Virus record (IMG/VR): IMGVR_UViG_3300011335_000900
Location: 32,001 to 96,000 of that record
Strand: one strand, 5' to 3'
Source of the DNA: a virus
Length of the DNA stretch: 64,000 nt
Numbering within the stretch: the first letter of the stretch is position 1; each line of letters begins with the position of its first letter. Under the pieces are notes generated by a model that was not told the DNA's origin, made no database searches, and saw nothing but the letters and a program-made list of their open reading frames with translations. Positions 30,016-40,235 of this stretch are shown piece by piece. Both the position numbers and the translations under genes were made by a program.

Positions 30016-31048
30016 TATGAAAAAAGACCTCTTAAACCTCCTTGATACTGTGCAAGAACATGGAGAAGAATTGCCACAATCAGAACGCTACCTGCTAATA
30101 GATGGACTTAACTTATTTTTTAGAAATTTTAGTGCTATAAATGCCGTAAATTCAAATGGAGTCCATATAGGAGGTTTAGGGGGATTTTTTCGATCTTTAG
30201 GAGCTTTAATTAGAACAATACAACCAACCCAAGTTTACATGGTGTTTGATGGTGTAGGCTCTTCCAATATTAGAAAAAATATTATTCCTGAATATAAATC
30301 AAATAGAAATACATCTCGAATAACTAAACACGAATTATTTGATAATTTAGAAGAAGAAGATGACTCTAAAATAAATCAAATTGTTCGCATCATCCAATAC
30401 TTAAAAACATTACCTGTTAAAACAGTATCTTTACCTACAGTAGAGGCGGATGATATCATCGCATATTTAAGCAGTACATTGCCTACAAAACCCGAAGACA
30501 GAGTATTCATAGTATCTAGCGATAAAGATTACCTGCAGTTAATTAGCGATAAAGTTATAGTCTACAGACCAATTGAAAAAGAATATTACACTACAGACAC
30601 AGTAAAAGAAAAATTCAATATTACCCCCCATAACTTCTTACTTTACAAGTTACTAATGGGAGATAATTCAGATGGTGTAACAGGTATTAAAGGATTAGGG
30701 GCAAAAGGTTTATTTAAACGATTCCCTGAACTTGCAACCCAAGATTTATCCTTTGATGATTTAATAAACTTAGCTGAAACTAAATTAAAAGAGCATATTA
30801 TATATGCAAGGGTATTACATAACATACCATTACTAGAAGACAAATATAGGGTAATGGATTTATCAAATCCTATGATGGATGATAAAGATAAAATGTTTAT
30901 TGATAAATTTGTAGAAAATACACCCTTAAATTTTCTTCCTGATACATTTGTTGAAATGTGCAATGAAGATCAAATTGGGAACCTAATAAGAAATACAGAT
31001 TATTGGGTTCGTGATATTTTTAAAGATTTGTTGGAAAACCAACAATAA
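29999..31048 (+). CDS. 5'-3' exonuclease/RNase H (FEN family)
   Basis: LLIDGLN, VFDG, YKSNR, EADDIIAY, SSDKDYLQL, GDNSDGVTGIKGLG; start may be 30017. Confidence 0.92.
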   Translation: MKPKINMKKDLLNLLDTVQEHGEELPQSERYLLIDGLNLFFRNFSAINAVNSNGVHIGGLGGFFRSLGALIRTIQPTQVYMVFDGVGSSNIRKNIIPEYKSNRNTSRITKHELFDNLEEEDDSKINQIVRIIQYLKTLPVKTVSLPTVEADDIIAYLSSTLPTKPEDRVFIVSSDKDYLQLISDKVIVYRPIEKEYYTTDTVKEKFNITPHNFLLYKLLMGDNSDGVTGIKGLGAKGLFKRFPELATQDLSFDDLINLAETKLKEHIIYARVLHNIPLLEDKYRVMDLSNPMMDDKDKMFIDKFVENTPLNFLPDTFVEMCNEDQIGNLIRNTDYWVRDIFKDLLENQQ

Positions 31049-31095
31049 GTTATTATATTTAAATAAAAGTTATTAACAATTAAAAAATTAAAGTT

Positions 31096-32454
31096 TTGAC
31101 ACTCTCCAGCATAGACGAATATGGCCCATCCTTCCAAATGAAGGTTATTTCATCACTCCTAACACATAAAGAATTTTTACAAAACATAAATGATGTACTA
31201 AGCGATGAATATTTTTCTAACCCTGCACATAAATGGGTTATAAATCAAATCATACAATATTATGAAAGCTATCACACAACTATATCCATGGATATTTTAA
31301 AAGTTGAAATGAAAAAACTTGATAACGAGGTACTTAAAGTATCTGTTAAAGAGCAATTACGTGAAGCATATAGAGCAGATTTAGAAGATTTAGAATATGT
31401 TCAACTTGAATTCTCAACATTTTGCAAAAATCAACAACTAAAAAAAGCACTACTAAATAGTGTAGATTTACTTAAAGCTGGAGATTACGATTCAATTAAA
31501 TACATGATTGAATCAGCAATGAAAGCTGGACAAGATAAAAACATAGGCCACGAATACAGAAAAGATACTGAATCACGTTATCGTGAAGATCACAGAACAA
31601 TAGTTCCATCTCCTTGGCCCGCTATTAATGAATTAATTCAAGGTGGTTTAGGAAACGGAGATTTAGGTTTAATTTTTGGTAGTCCGGGTGGGGGAAAATC
31701 ATGGACATTAGTTGCTTTAGGTGGATTTGCTGTTAAAATGGGATACAATGTTATTCACTATACTTTAGAATTAAGTGAATCCTATACAGGACGAAGATAC
31801 GATGCATTTTTTACAGGCTTACCAGTAGATTCTTTAGACAAAAATAAAGATCAAGTAAATAATATGATGTCTGATTTAAAAGGTGAATTGATAATTAAGG
31901 AATATCCTATGGGAAAAACTACAATAAACACAATAGAATCTCACATACAAAAAGTAAAAGATTTAGGGATTGAACCTGACCTTATCCTTATAGACTATAT
32001 TGATCTTCTTTCAACAAGAAAGAGAAATGTTGACCGTAAGGGAGAAATAGACGATATTTATACTAGTACCAAAGGATTAGCTAGAGAGCTTAATTTACCA
32101 ATTTGGTCAGTTTCCCAAGTAAATCGCGCGGGGGCTAAAGATGATGTTATTGAAGGTGATAAAGCCGCAGGTAGTTACGATAAAATGATGATTACCGATT
32201 TATCAATTTCATTGTCAAGAAAAAAAGAAGATAAAGTTAATGGAACCGGAAGATTCCATATCATGAAAAATAGATATGGGATGGATGGATTAACTTTTCA
32301 AGTAGATGTTAACACATCAAATGGTCACATTATTATTGGAGACCATTACGATGAAGAAGCAGATACAGTTGCACCAAGAAAGTCATTAAATGGTAATTTT
32401 GATGATTTAGATAGACAAATGTTAAGTAATAAATTTTTTGAATTAAACACATGA
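31096..32454 (+). CDS. dnaB: DnaB-like replicative helicase (gp41-like)
   Basis: GSPGGGKS, YTLELSE, LIDYIDLL, SQVNR, KNRYG; TTG start. Confidence 0.92.
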   Translation: MTLSSIDEYGPSFQMKVISSLLTHKEFLQNINDVLSDEYFSNPAHKWVINQIIQYYESYHTTISMDILKVEMKKLDNEVLKVSVKEQLREAYRADLEDLEYVQLEFSTFCKNQQLKKALLNSVDLLKAGDYDSIKYMIESAMKAGQDKNIGHEYRKDTESRYREDHRTIVPSPWPAINELIQGGLGNGDLGLIFGSPGGGKSWTLVALGGFAVKMGYNVIHYTLELSESYTGRRYDAFFTGLPVDSLDKNKDQVNNMMSDLKGELIIKEYPMGKTTINTIESHIQKVKDLGIEPDLILIDYIDLLSTRKRNVDRKGEIDDIYTSTKGLARELNLPIWSVSQVNRAGAKDDVIEGDKAAGSYDKMMITDLSISLSRKKEDKVNGTGRFHIMKNRYGMDGLTFQVDVNTSNGHIIIGDHYDEEADTVAPRKSLNGNFDDLDRQMLSNKFFELNT

Positions 32455-33401
32455 TAACAGAACCAAGACACTTTTACAAACCATTTGAATATCAAATTGC
32501 GTTTGATTTCTTTAAAGATCAACATCGAGTACACTGGCTAGCAGATGAGGTACCTTTATCTTCAGATTTAAATGACTGGAAACTTAAATTAAGTGAATCA
32601 GAAAAAAACTTAATTGGAAATATTTTAAAATCATTTACTCAAACAGAAGTACATGTTAACGATTATTGGTCTACAAAAGTATCAATGTGGTTTCCAAAAC
32701 CAGAAATTCAAGCTATGTCTCGTGTGTTTGCTGATTTTGAATCAATACATGCTGAAGCATATGCACGCTTAAATGAAGAATTAGGATTAGATGATTTTGC
32801 AGCTTTTATGGAAGATGAAGAAGCTAAAGCTAAAATTGATCGTTTAATTGAAACTCCGGGAGAAACATTAAGTGAAAAAGCTCTTTCATTAGCTATATTT
32901 TCTGCATTTACTGAAGGTGTAAATTTATTTTCTTCATTTGCTATTTTAATGTCTTTTCAATTACGAAACATGATGAAAGGAACAGGCCAAATTGTAGAAT
33001 ATAGTGTTAGAGATGAATCCTTACATTCAAAAGCAGGATGCTGGTTATTTAGAACATTAATGGAGGAAAATCCACATTTAGCTACAAAAGAATTTGAAGA
33101 CCAAATTTCAATAACTTGTGATATATCAGTACAATTAGAATTTGATTTTATTGACAAAGCATTTGAAATGGGTGAAGTTGAAGGTTTAAATAAAGACCAA
33201 TTAAAAAACTTTATTAAGGAACGTGCCAACCAAAAATTAATTGAATTAGGTTATAATCCTTTATACAACGATATCGATCCAAATTTATTAAAACAAATGG
33301 AATGGTTCGGACATTTAACAAGTGGTAAAAGTCATACCGATTTTTTTGCTCAAAGAGTTACTGATTATACAAAGTCTACTGCTGATTGGAGCGATTTGTA
33401 G
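32451..33401 (+). CDS. nrdB: Ribonucleotide reductase class I beta subunit
   Basis: ESIHAEAY, EGVNLFSSF, RDESLH, DFFAQRVTDY. Confidence 0.95.
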   Translation: MITEPRHFYKPFEYQIAFDFFKDQHRVHWLADEVPLSSDLNDWKLKLSESEKNLIGNILKSFTQTEVHVNDYWSTKVSMWFPKPEIQAMSRVFADFESIHAEAYARLNEELGLDDFAAFMEDEEAKAKIDRLIETPGETLSEKALSLAIFSAFTEGVNLFSSFAILMSFQLRNMMKGTGQIVEYSVRDESLHSKAGCWLFRTLMEENPHLATKEFEDQISITCDISVQLEFDFIDKAFEMGEVEGLNKDQLKNFIKERANQKLIELGYNPLYNDIDPNLLKQMEWFGHLTSGKSHTDFFAQRVTDYTKSTADWSDL

Positions 33402-33407
33402 ACAAGT

Positions 33408-33545
33408 ATGGACGAAAATATAATATATAAAATTGAAATTCTCCAACTTATTGAATCTAAATACAATATTGAAATAAAGGATGGAGAAGTTGAAAACATA
33501 TTAACTTTAGAAAACTTGATTGAACTAATAAAAAACAAACTATGA
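33408..33545 (+). CDS. 45-aa acyl-carrier-protein-like fragment, not in the ORF track
   Basis: IEILQLIESKYNIEIKDGEVENILTLENLIELIK resembles ACP helices II-IV; ATGA overlap with the next gene. Confidence 0.55.
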   Translation: MDENIIYKIEILQLIESKYNIEIKDGEVENILTLENLIELIKNKL

Positions 33546-34075
33546 AACTAGATAATTTAAAAGAAATAGTTAAAGAGGAACTTCAAAAACATTTTAAAAA
33601 TCACCCATATTCTCTTAAAGATGAAATGATCATAACAAATGAAGTTATGATTGGAGAACTACTCAACCCAGACAATTCACTTCCATATGAAGGAAAAAAA
33701 GGATTTTATACTTATATAGACCCGAATGGAGTTGAATTTTTTGTTCGAGTCCATTATGCTCCTGAACCCCTTAATTATTTTGAATTTAAAACGGGGTGGC
33801 TTGACAAAAATAAAAAAGCTACATATGAACCCTCAGTTCCGTATGGAAACCAAAATACATCAACATTATATATTAATACTCGTTCAGATACAGTAGCAAA
33901 AATTTATAGAGACGAAATATTACCATTTTTTAAACAACAAACTTTAACAGACATAATGGTTATTAAACCTATTTCTTCAAGTAGAATGAAATTTGCTGAA
34001 CGTTTAGTTAAAAAATTTACCCCCGAAGATTTTACAACGGAATTTAAAGACAAAGAAATAATAATAAAAAAATGA
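33542..34075 (+). CDS. Hypothetical protein with putative capsid-targeting leader
   Basis: MKLDNLKEIVKEEL N-terminus; inserted between nrdB and nrdA. Confidence 0.55.
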   Translation: MKLDNLKEIVKEELQKHFKNHPYSLKDEMIITNEVMIGELLNPDNSLPYEGKKGFYTYIDPNGVEFFVRVHYAPEPLNYFEFKTGWLDKNKKATYEPSVPYGNQNTSTLYINTRSDTVAKIYRDEILPFFKQQTLTDIMVIKPISSSRMKFAERLVKKFTPEDFTTEFKDKEIIIKK

Positions 34076-35799
34076 GCAAATTAAACGTAGACACCAGTAA
34101 ATGGGTGAAGGGTAAAGATTATCCTGAATGGTTAGATGAAATTGGTAAATCCATAGTTTCACAAGGGTATTTACTACCGGAGGAAAATGTATTTAAAGCA
34201 TTTAATCGAGTATCAAAGGCTGCCTCTCGTAGACTAAAACGTAAAGATCTTCAACCATTTTTTGCTGAAGCAATGGAAAAAAATTGGCTATGTTTAGCAT
34301 CCCCTGTTTTATCTAATTTAGGTACAGAACGTGGTATGCCAATTTCTTGCTTTGGAATAGATACAGACGATTCAATTGAGGGTATTGCATTAGCAAATTC
34401 TGAATTAATGCGTTTGTCATCTCAAGGTGGTGGAGTTGGAATTGGTGTATCTCGAATTAGAGGTAGAGGTAAAGAAATTTCCGGAAACGGTGTATCTGAG
34501 GGTGTAGTTCCTTGGATCAAAATATATGATTCCACCATTCTAGCTACCAATCAAGGATCCGTTAGACGTGGTGCAGCATCAGTTAATTTACACGTGAATC
34601 ATCCCGATATAGAGGAATTTTTAATGGTTCGCCGCCCTAAAGGAGATGTCAACAGACAATGCCTAAACATGCACCAATGCGTTGTTATCGATGATGACTT
34701 TATGAATAAGTTAGAGGAAAAAGAACCACGTGCTTTAAGACTATGGGGTGAAATTTTAAAAACTCGTTTAGAAACAGGTGAACCATATTTAATGTTTGAA
34801 GATAATATAAACAATGCAAATCCTCAAGCATACAAAAACTTTAACTTGAATGTCTCAATGACAAACATTTGTTCTGAAATTGCACTTTACACAGACCCAT
34901 TACATTCATTTATTTGTTGTTTATCTTCATTAAATTTAGCAAGATGGGATGAATGGAAAGACTATAAATTTGAAAATGGAATGACATTACCTGAATTAAC
35001 TTGTTGGTTCTTAGAAGGTGTATTGCAAGAATTTATAGACCGTTCTAAAAGTCTTAAATTTATGGAAAATACTCACCGTTCTGCTGTTAAAGGTAGAGCA
35101 ATTGGTATTGGAGTACTTGGATGGCATACATTTTTACAAGAAAAAGGAATCCCTTTCGCAGGTTTACAAGCAAATTCATACACTCGAATGATGTCTCAAT
35201 TTATTGAAGAAGAAACATTAAAAGCATCCCGAGACCAAGCAAAAGAATATGGAGAACCAGAATGGTGTAAAGGAACAGGCTTAAGACACACACATCACCA
35301 AGCAATTGCCCCAACAGTATCAAATGCAAATATTTCAGGTGGAGTTTCTCCTTCAATTGAACCAATTCCCGCAAATGTATTTAATTTAAAAACAGCTAAA
35401 GGTACATTTATTAAACGTAATCCAACATTAGAGCGTTTACTTGAATCAAAAGGATTTAACATTGATAGTATTTGGGAACAAATAGCTAAAGACAAAGGAT
35501 CTGTAATAGGATTACCTGATCATATATTATCTGCTGAAGAAAAAGAAGTATTTTTAACATTTAAAGAAATTAACCCTTACGAAATTGTTCGTCAAAATGG
35601 AATTAGACAAAAATATGTTGACCAAGCAATTTCCTTAAATTTAACATTTGATCCATCTGATTCACCAAAATACATTAGTGAGGTGCATAAATTAGCATGG
35701 AGAGAAGGTATTAAAACATTATATTATTGCAGAAGTGAAAGTATTTTAAGAGGAGACAATATCTCCAGAAATGATACTTGCGTTAGTTGTGAAGGTTAA
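34072..35799 (+). CDS. nrdA: Ribonucleotide reductase class I alpha subunit (short, no ATP cone)
   Basis: PISCF, GGVG, RRGA, TNICSEI, APTVS, DQAISLN, KTLYY, C-terminal CVSCEG. Confidence 0.95.
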   Translation: MSKLNVDTSKWVKGKDYPEWLDEIGKSIVSQGYLLPEENVFKAFNRVSKAASRRLKRKDLQPFFAEAMEKNWLCLASPVLSNLGTERGMPISCFGIDTDDSIEGIALANSELMRLSSQGGGVGIGVSRIRGRGKEISGNGVSEGVVPWIKIYDSTILATNQGSVRRGAASVNLHVNHPDIEEFLMVRRPKGDVNRQCLNMHQCVVIDDDFMNKLEEKEPRALRLWGEILKTRLETGEPYLMFEDNINNANPQAYKNFNLNVSMTNICSEIALYTDPLHSFICCLSSLNLARWDEWKDYKFENGMTLPELTCWFLEGVLQEFIDRSKSLKFMENTHRSAVKGRAIGIGVLGWHTFLQEKGIPFAGLQANSYTRMMSQFIEEETLKASRDQAKEYGEPEWCKGTGLRHTHHQAIAPTVSNANISGGVSPSIEPIPANVFNLKTAKGTFIKRNPTLERLLESKGFNIDSIWEQIAKDKGSVIGLPDHILSAEEKEVFLTFKEINPYEIVRQNGIRQKYVDQAISLNLTFDPSDSPKYISEVHKLAWREGIKTLYYCRSESILRGDNISRNDTCVSCEG

Positions 35800-35834
35800 A
35801 CATATGTATAATAAATTAATTTAAAAATCAAATT

Positions 35835-36023
35835 ATGAAATTATCTAAAGAACAAGTATTGGGTATTGTAAGACATACTCTAACATTTATTGGTGGTATA
35901 GTTATAGCAAGAGGCCTTGTTGATGAAACGCTTGTAACCGAGTGCATTGGTGGTGCTTTAACTTTAACTGGTGCTATCTGGTCTATTATTAATAAAAAAG
36001 TAGTTACTCCTATTAAAAAATAA
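35835..36023 (+). CDS. Putative holin (2 TM)
   Basis: GIVRHTLTFIGG...GAIWS; basic tail; first gene behind a late promoter. Confidence 0.6.
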   Translation: MKLSKEQVLGIVRHTLTFIGGIVIARGLVDETLVTECIGGALTLTGAIWSIINKKVVTPIKK

Positions 36024-36027
36024 AGCC

Positions 36028-36282
36028 ATGAAAAAGATTCTTAATTGGATAACAGGATTATTTAAAGACGAAAAAGGATCTCCATCATCTAAAAGATTTA
36101 TTGGTATATTGTGTGGTATTACTTTATGTATCACACTATATGCTAATAGCTATACTCACGGAGATATTAAACCTGCAGATACTTTAGTAAACGCAGTAGC
36201 AATGTTAGCGTTTGGATGTTTAGGATTAGCATCGGTAGATAAAATTTGGGGTAAAAAAGAAGGAGAAAATACAGAAGAATAA
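36028..36282 (+). CDS. Small membrane protein, holin-like
   Basis: SSKRFIG motif, two TM segments. Confidence 0.5.
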   Translation: MKKILNWITGLFKDEKGSPSSKRFIGILCGITLCITLYANSYTHGDIKPADTLVNAVAMLAFGCLGLASVDKIWGKKEGENTEE

Positions 36283-36283
36283 T

Positions 36284-36583
36284 ATGAAAAAAATAATAGT
36301 ATGTATTATATTAACTCTATTTAGTTATATATCTTTTACTCAAATATGTACCCCAAAACTAAAACCTTGGTCTTTAAGTGGAAGTATTGGTTACATTAAT
36401 GTATCTACTATAAAACAACCAGTATCAAGATATCAATCAAATACTTGGACTTCTTTAAATATTAACTATAGTACAAGTAAGTGGTCATTTGGTGGATGGG
36501 CTGGAGCTAATTATTGGATTGATTCAAAACAACCTGATTTAAGATTAGGCTTTTCTATTACTCGCACTATAAAAAAATGGTAA
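36284..36583 (+). CDS. Secreted small beta-strand protein
   Basis: Signal peptide followed by amphipathic aromatic beta strands; C-terminal W. Confidence 0.45.
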   Translation: MKKIIVCIILTLFSYISFTQICTPKLKPWSLSGSIGYINVSTIKQPVSRYQSNTWTSLNINYSTSKWSFGGWAGANYWIDSKQPDLRLGFSITRTIKKW

Positions 36584-36592
36584 TTTAAGTTT

Positions 36593-36934
36593 ATGAAAGA
36601 AATAGGTATAACTATAAGTTTTTTAATTAGTGGGTTATTTGGAGCTATTTTAATGGCATCTAAAAATACTGAAACCGGTATTAGATCAACTATATTATCT
36701 ATTTTTGGTGGTATGGCCGCCGCAAATTATCTTACCCCTGTAATGATTGAATTACTTAATTTAAAAGAAGCTAAATTGCAAAATGGACTAGCTTTTATTG
36801 TTGGATTCTTAGGATTAAAATTAGTCGAAGTATTAAGTAATAAATTCTTAAACCAAGTTGCCCCCCAACCAGAAGTAAAAAAACCACGTAAAAAAACCAT
36901 AAAAAAACCAGTTACCAAAAAGAAAGTTGTATGA
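36593..36934 (+). CDS. Putative holin (3 TM, Lys-rich tail)
   Basis: GLFGAIL, GGMAAANYLTP, AFIVGFLG hydrophobic segments. Confidence 0.6.
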   Translation: MKEIGITISFLISGLFGAILMASKNTETGIRSTILSIFGGMAAANYLTPVMIELLNLKEAKLQNGLAFIVGFLGLKLVEVLSNKFLNQVAPQPEVKKPRKKTIKKPVTKKKVV

Positions 36935-37542
36935 TTTTAGAAAAAATAAAAAATAAGCTTTGGCTTGTTTCAATACCAGTTGCAATAGCTGCATTACTAT
37001 CAATGTCAGCAATAAAAGACATTGAAGATGCTCATGTAGAGTTAGATCTTGGCAAACGAACCGCGTATTACTTAAGAACGTCTACGGACAGTTTAACATA
37101 CTTAGCAATAGCATATACTTCTACGGGTAAAGAAAAATTTATCAATGAATTTAATTCTCATTTAGAAAGAAGAAAGCAAATAAAATTTGATATTATACCT
37201 GAAGGCATGATATATTACAATGAAGGTTTAAGCTTAAGCAATGAACTAGCAACAATTATAGAAGCCCCAGCATTTGCTGCTATGAATGACACTGCATTTT
37301 TTACTGATCAATATTTATCTTATAAAACTAGAATTATTACTAGTATTGAGCAATTAAGAGATGTAACTTATGAAAAGTCAAATAATAAACTTCAACGAGC
37401 TGTTTTAGAACTTAATATCTACATTTATTTTTTAATTTTATTGTTGTTAGGTTTAGTTGTTTTAATTAGATTTGATAAAAAAGAAATTATTAAACCTATA
37501 AAAAAGAAAAAACCAATTAAAAAACTAATAAAAAAGAAATAA
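36931..37542 (+). CDS. 2-TM protein with periplasmic helical sensor-like domain
   Basis: LRTSTDSLTYLAIAYTSTG...SNELA..EAPAFAAM..Y..YKTRI resembles extracytoplasmic domains of chemoreceptors and histidine kinases. Confidence 0.5.
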   Translation: MILEKIKNKLWLVSIPVAIAALLSMSAIKDIEDAHVELDLGKRTAYYLRTSTDSLTYLAIAYTSTGKEKFINEFNSHLERRKQIKFDIIPEGMIYYNEGLSLSNELATIIEAPAFAAMNDTAFFTDQYLSYKTRIITSIEQLRDVTYEKSNNKLQRAVLELNIYIYFLILLLLGLVVLIRFDKKEIIKPIKKKKPIKKLIKKK

Positions 37543-37544
37543 AC

Positions 37545-38555
37545 ATGAAAAAACACGCGCGTGTAAAACAAAATCAAACAGCTGAAACACATTCAAATGA
37601 AACCTCAGGTGGTGCATCAATTGATAACACAATTACTGCATCTGCAGGAGTAGAAACGGGAGATGAAAATGCCTCAATTGGTATTGAAGTATCTGCTAAA
37701 ACCGGAACTGAAGCATCAGTTGATGGTGGCTTAGATGGCAACAATGTATACGTAGAAGCTAATTATTCAGATACAACTGAAGTTCACGTTACAGTAGAGG
37801 GTCAAGCTAATGCTGAAGGATTTGGAGTTGGTGGTTCTGTAGATGCTTATGCAAAAACAGGAAACGAAGCAAGTCTTGAAGTGAGAGCAGGAGATGAAGG
37901 AGTAGTAGCAAATGGAAGTGTATCCGCAGGTACATCAGTAGGTGTAGATGGAGAAGGAACAGCTGATTTTAGAGAAGGTTCAGTAACAGCAGGCGCAGGT
38001 GTATCCGTTGGAGAGCAAGTTGGAATTGGTGGTGGTGGTGAAGCTACTTTTGTAGATGGCGTTGCAACAGTTGGTGTTAGTGGTGAGGTAGCAGTATTGC
38101 TTGGAGTTGATGTTGATTTAAGTGTAAGTGTTGATACAAACCAAATAGCTGAAGATGCTAGACTAGTGGCAGAAGAAGCAGAAAGAGCAGCAAATGAAGC
38201 AAGAGAATTAGCTGAAGCGGCTCAAAGAGAAGCGGATCGTTTAGTTTTAGAAGCACAACGATTAGCAGCAGAAGCAGCACAAAGAGAGGCTGATAGAATT
38301 GCAAACGAAGCTAGAGCACAAGCAGAAGCAGCTCAAAGAGAAGCGGATCGTTTAGCAGCAGAATCAAGAAGAATTGCTGAAGAACAAGCAGCAGCTGCTC
38401 AAAGAGAAGCTGAACGTGTAGCTAGAGAAACCCAAGCGGCAGCTGAAGCAGCACAAAGAGAAACAGAAAGAGTAGCTAGAGAAACTCAAGATGCTTTAGA
38501 AAGAGCCGCTCGTGATGCTGAAAAATCAAAATGGAACCCTAAAAATTGGTTTTAA
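37545..38555 (+). CDS. Gly/Val-rich beta region plus Ala/Glu/Arg coiled-coil repeat protein
   Basis: AQREA(D/E)R repeats at about 38160-38520. Confidence 0.5.
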   Translation: MKKHARVKQNQTAETHSNETSGGASIDNTITASAGVETGDENASIGIEVSAKTGTEASVDGGLDGNNVYVEANYSDTTEVHVTVEGQANAEGFGVGGSVDAYAKTGNEASLEVRAGDEGVVANGSVSAGTSVGVDGEGTADFREGSVTAGAGVSVGEQVGIGGGGEATFVDGVATVGVSGEVAVLLGVDVDLSVSVDTNQIAEDARLVAEEAERAANEARELAEAAQREADRLVLEAQRLAAEAAQREADRIANEARAQAEAAQREADRLAAESRRIAEEQAAAAQREAERVARETQAAAEAAQRETERVARETQDALERAARDAEKSKWNPKNWF

Positions 38556-38588
38556 TTAATATAAAAACAACTATAAAATAAAGTAAAA

Positions 38589-39182
38589 ATGGCAAAGTAC
38601 ACAAAAGAACAAGTTGAAGCAGCAGTAAAATCAAAAGGATATGTTTGGTTTGAAGGAGCAAAAGATTATGACGTAAACATCGTAGGTGTTAGAAACGCAG
38701 CAACTGGACAAACAGTAACAAACGTATTTGATGACGTTATTACAGTATCCTATAAAGTAGGAGGTGAATGGCAATATAAAGAATGGACAAACACAACCGA
38801 CCCAGGTAAAAAAGGTGTTATGGAATTTCATAACAAAGGTGGTGTTGCACGTTTAGTAGAAGGTCAATACAGAGGATCTCATACAATTAGATTACATCAA
38901 GGGAAATACGAGGCTTTAGGTCAAGCAAAAAACGTTAAAGTATATCGTGATGCTAATAAAGATATGAAATTTGATGAAACAAAAATCGATGAAGGTGTAT
39001 TTGGAATCAATATTCACAAAGCAGGAGTTGATTCTACTTATGTAGAAAATTGGTCAGAAGGATGTCAAGTATTTAAAAAAGCAAAGGATTTTGAAGAGTT
39101 TATGGCAATTTGTCGTAAAGCAAGAGATATTCATGGAAACTCATTTACATATACTTTGATTGAATCAACAGATATTAAATAG
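38589..39182 (+). CDS. Putative endolysin (L,D-transpeptidase-like His/Cys peptidase)
   Basis: GINIHKAG...WSEGCQV motif; follows the holin-like genes. Confidence 0.7.
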   Translation: MAKYTKEQVEAAVKSKGYVWFEGAKDYDVNIVGVRNAATGQTVTNVFDDVITVSYKVGGEWQYKEWTNTTDPGKKGVMEFHNKGGVARLVEGQYRGSHTIRLHQGKYEALGQAKNVKVYRDANKDMKFDETKIDEGVFGINIHKAGVDSTYVENWSEGCQVFKKAKDFEEFMAICRKARDIHGNSFTYTLIESTDIK

Positions 39183-39188
39183 ATATTT

Positions 39189-39217
39189 GGAGGCTTAAAA
39201 AAGCCTCCTTATTTTTT
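39189..39217 (+). terminator. Terminator after the endolysin gene
   Basis: ggaggctt-aaaa-aagcctcc hairpin followed by a T-rich tail. Confidence 0.75.
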
Positions 39218-39221
39218 CTAT

Positions 39222-40235
39222 ATGAAACAAAAATTTTTACCTTGGTTCCTATTGTTTTGCGCAGTAGGACTATCTTTAACAGCTGCTTATTATAGCGTTA
39301 TGGGATTATCAATCCTATTTGCAAGCGTAGCTATCCCTGTAATGGTAATGGGTTCATTTTTAGAGTTATCTAAAATAGCGATTACAACATACTTACACGA
39401 TCAGTGGAAAAAAACATACACTATGTTAAAAGTGTATTTAACTACTGCTTTAGTAATTCTATCATTTATAACTTCTCTAGGAATTTATGGACTATTAACT
39501 ACTGGATTTCAAGAAAATATATCTAAACTTGAAATTGGTGGAAAAGAGGTTGCAAATGTTCAATTAAAAAGAGATCGATTTAATGAAATTAAAAAAGAAT
39601 ATACTTTAGAAAAAACTACATTAGATAAGGACATTTCACAACTTAGAAATGCACTATCAACAAATACTACAACCCAAACTGTAGACAAAAAAACAGGTCA
39701 AGTTATAAGCAAAGCAAATACAGGAAATCGTAAAGCATTTGAATCACAATTAACATTAGCTTTAGAAAATAAAACAAAAATCTCTACAAAAATAGAAGCA
39801 CTAAACGATAGTTTAACTAACTTAGATATCCAGGTGTTAAATATGGAATCTAAATCTCAATTAGGGAACGAACTAGGTGCTATTAAATATGTAAGTGAGC
39901 TCACGGGAATGCCTATTAAAAAAACAGCAAATATATTTATTTTGCTTATTATTTTTGTATTTGATCCATTAGCTATTATACTTGTAATTGCTACAAATCA
40001 ATCATTTGAAAATTTAAAACCAAAACTTAATATTTATGGAGAACCAAAACCTACTCCAATAACTCAAGAATATCAACCAGATCCTATTATTGAACAAAAA
40101 AGACAAAATATAATAAAAGAAATAGAAAAAATCCAAAATAGTAGCAAAGGATCTAGCTTTTCTAGAAGTTCAGCATTAAATACTCTTAATAACAGATTAT
40201 CTTCATTAAACGATGATAACACAAAGACATATTAA
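39222..40235 (+). CDS. Membrane protein with long coiled coil
   Basis: Three N-terminal TM segments, coiled coil, IIFVFDPLAI TM segment. Confidence 0.6.
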   Translation: MKQKFLPWFLLFCAVGLSLTAAYYSVMGLSILFASVAIPVMVMGSFLELSKIAITTYLHDQWKKTYTMLKVYLTTALVILSFITSLGIYGLLTTGFQENISKLEIGGKEVANVQLKRDRFNEIKKEYTLEKTTLDKDISQLRNALSTNTTTQTVDKKTGQVISKANTGNRKAFESQLTLALENKTKISTKIEALNDSLTNLDIQVLNMESKSQLGNELGAIKYVSELTGMPIKKTANIFILLIIFVFDPLAIILVIATNQSFENLKPKLNIYGEPKPTPITQEYQPDPIIEQKRQNIIKEIEKIQNSSKGSSFSRSSALNTLNNRLSSLNDDNTKTY

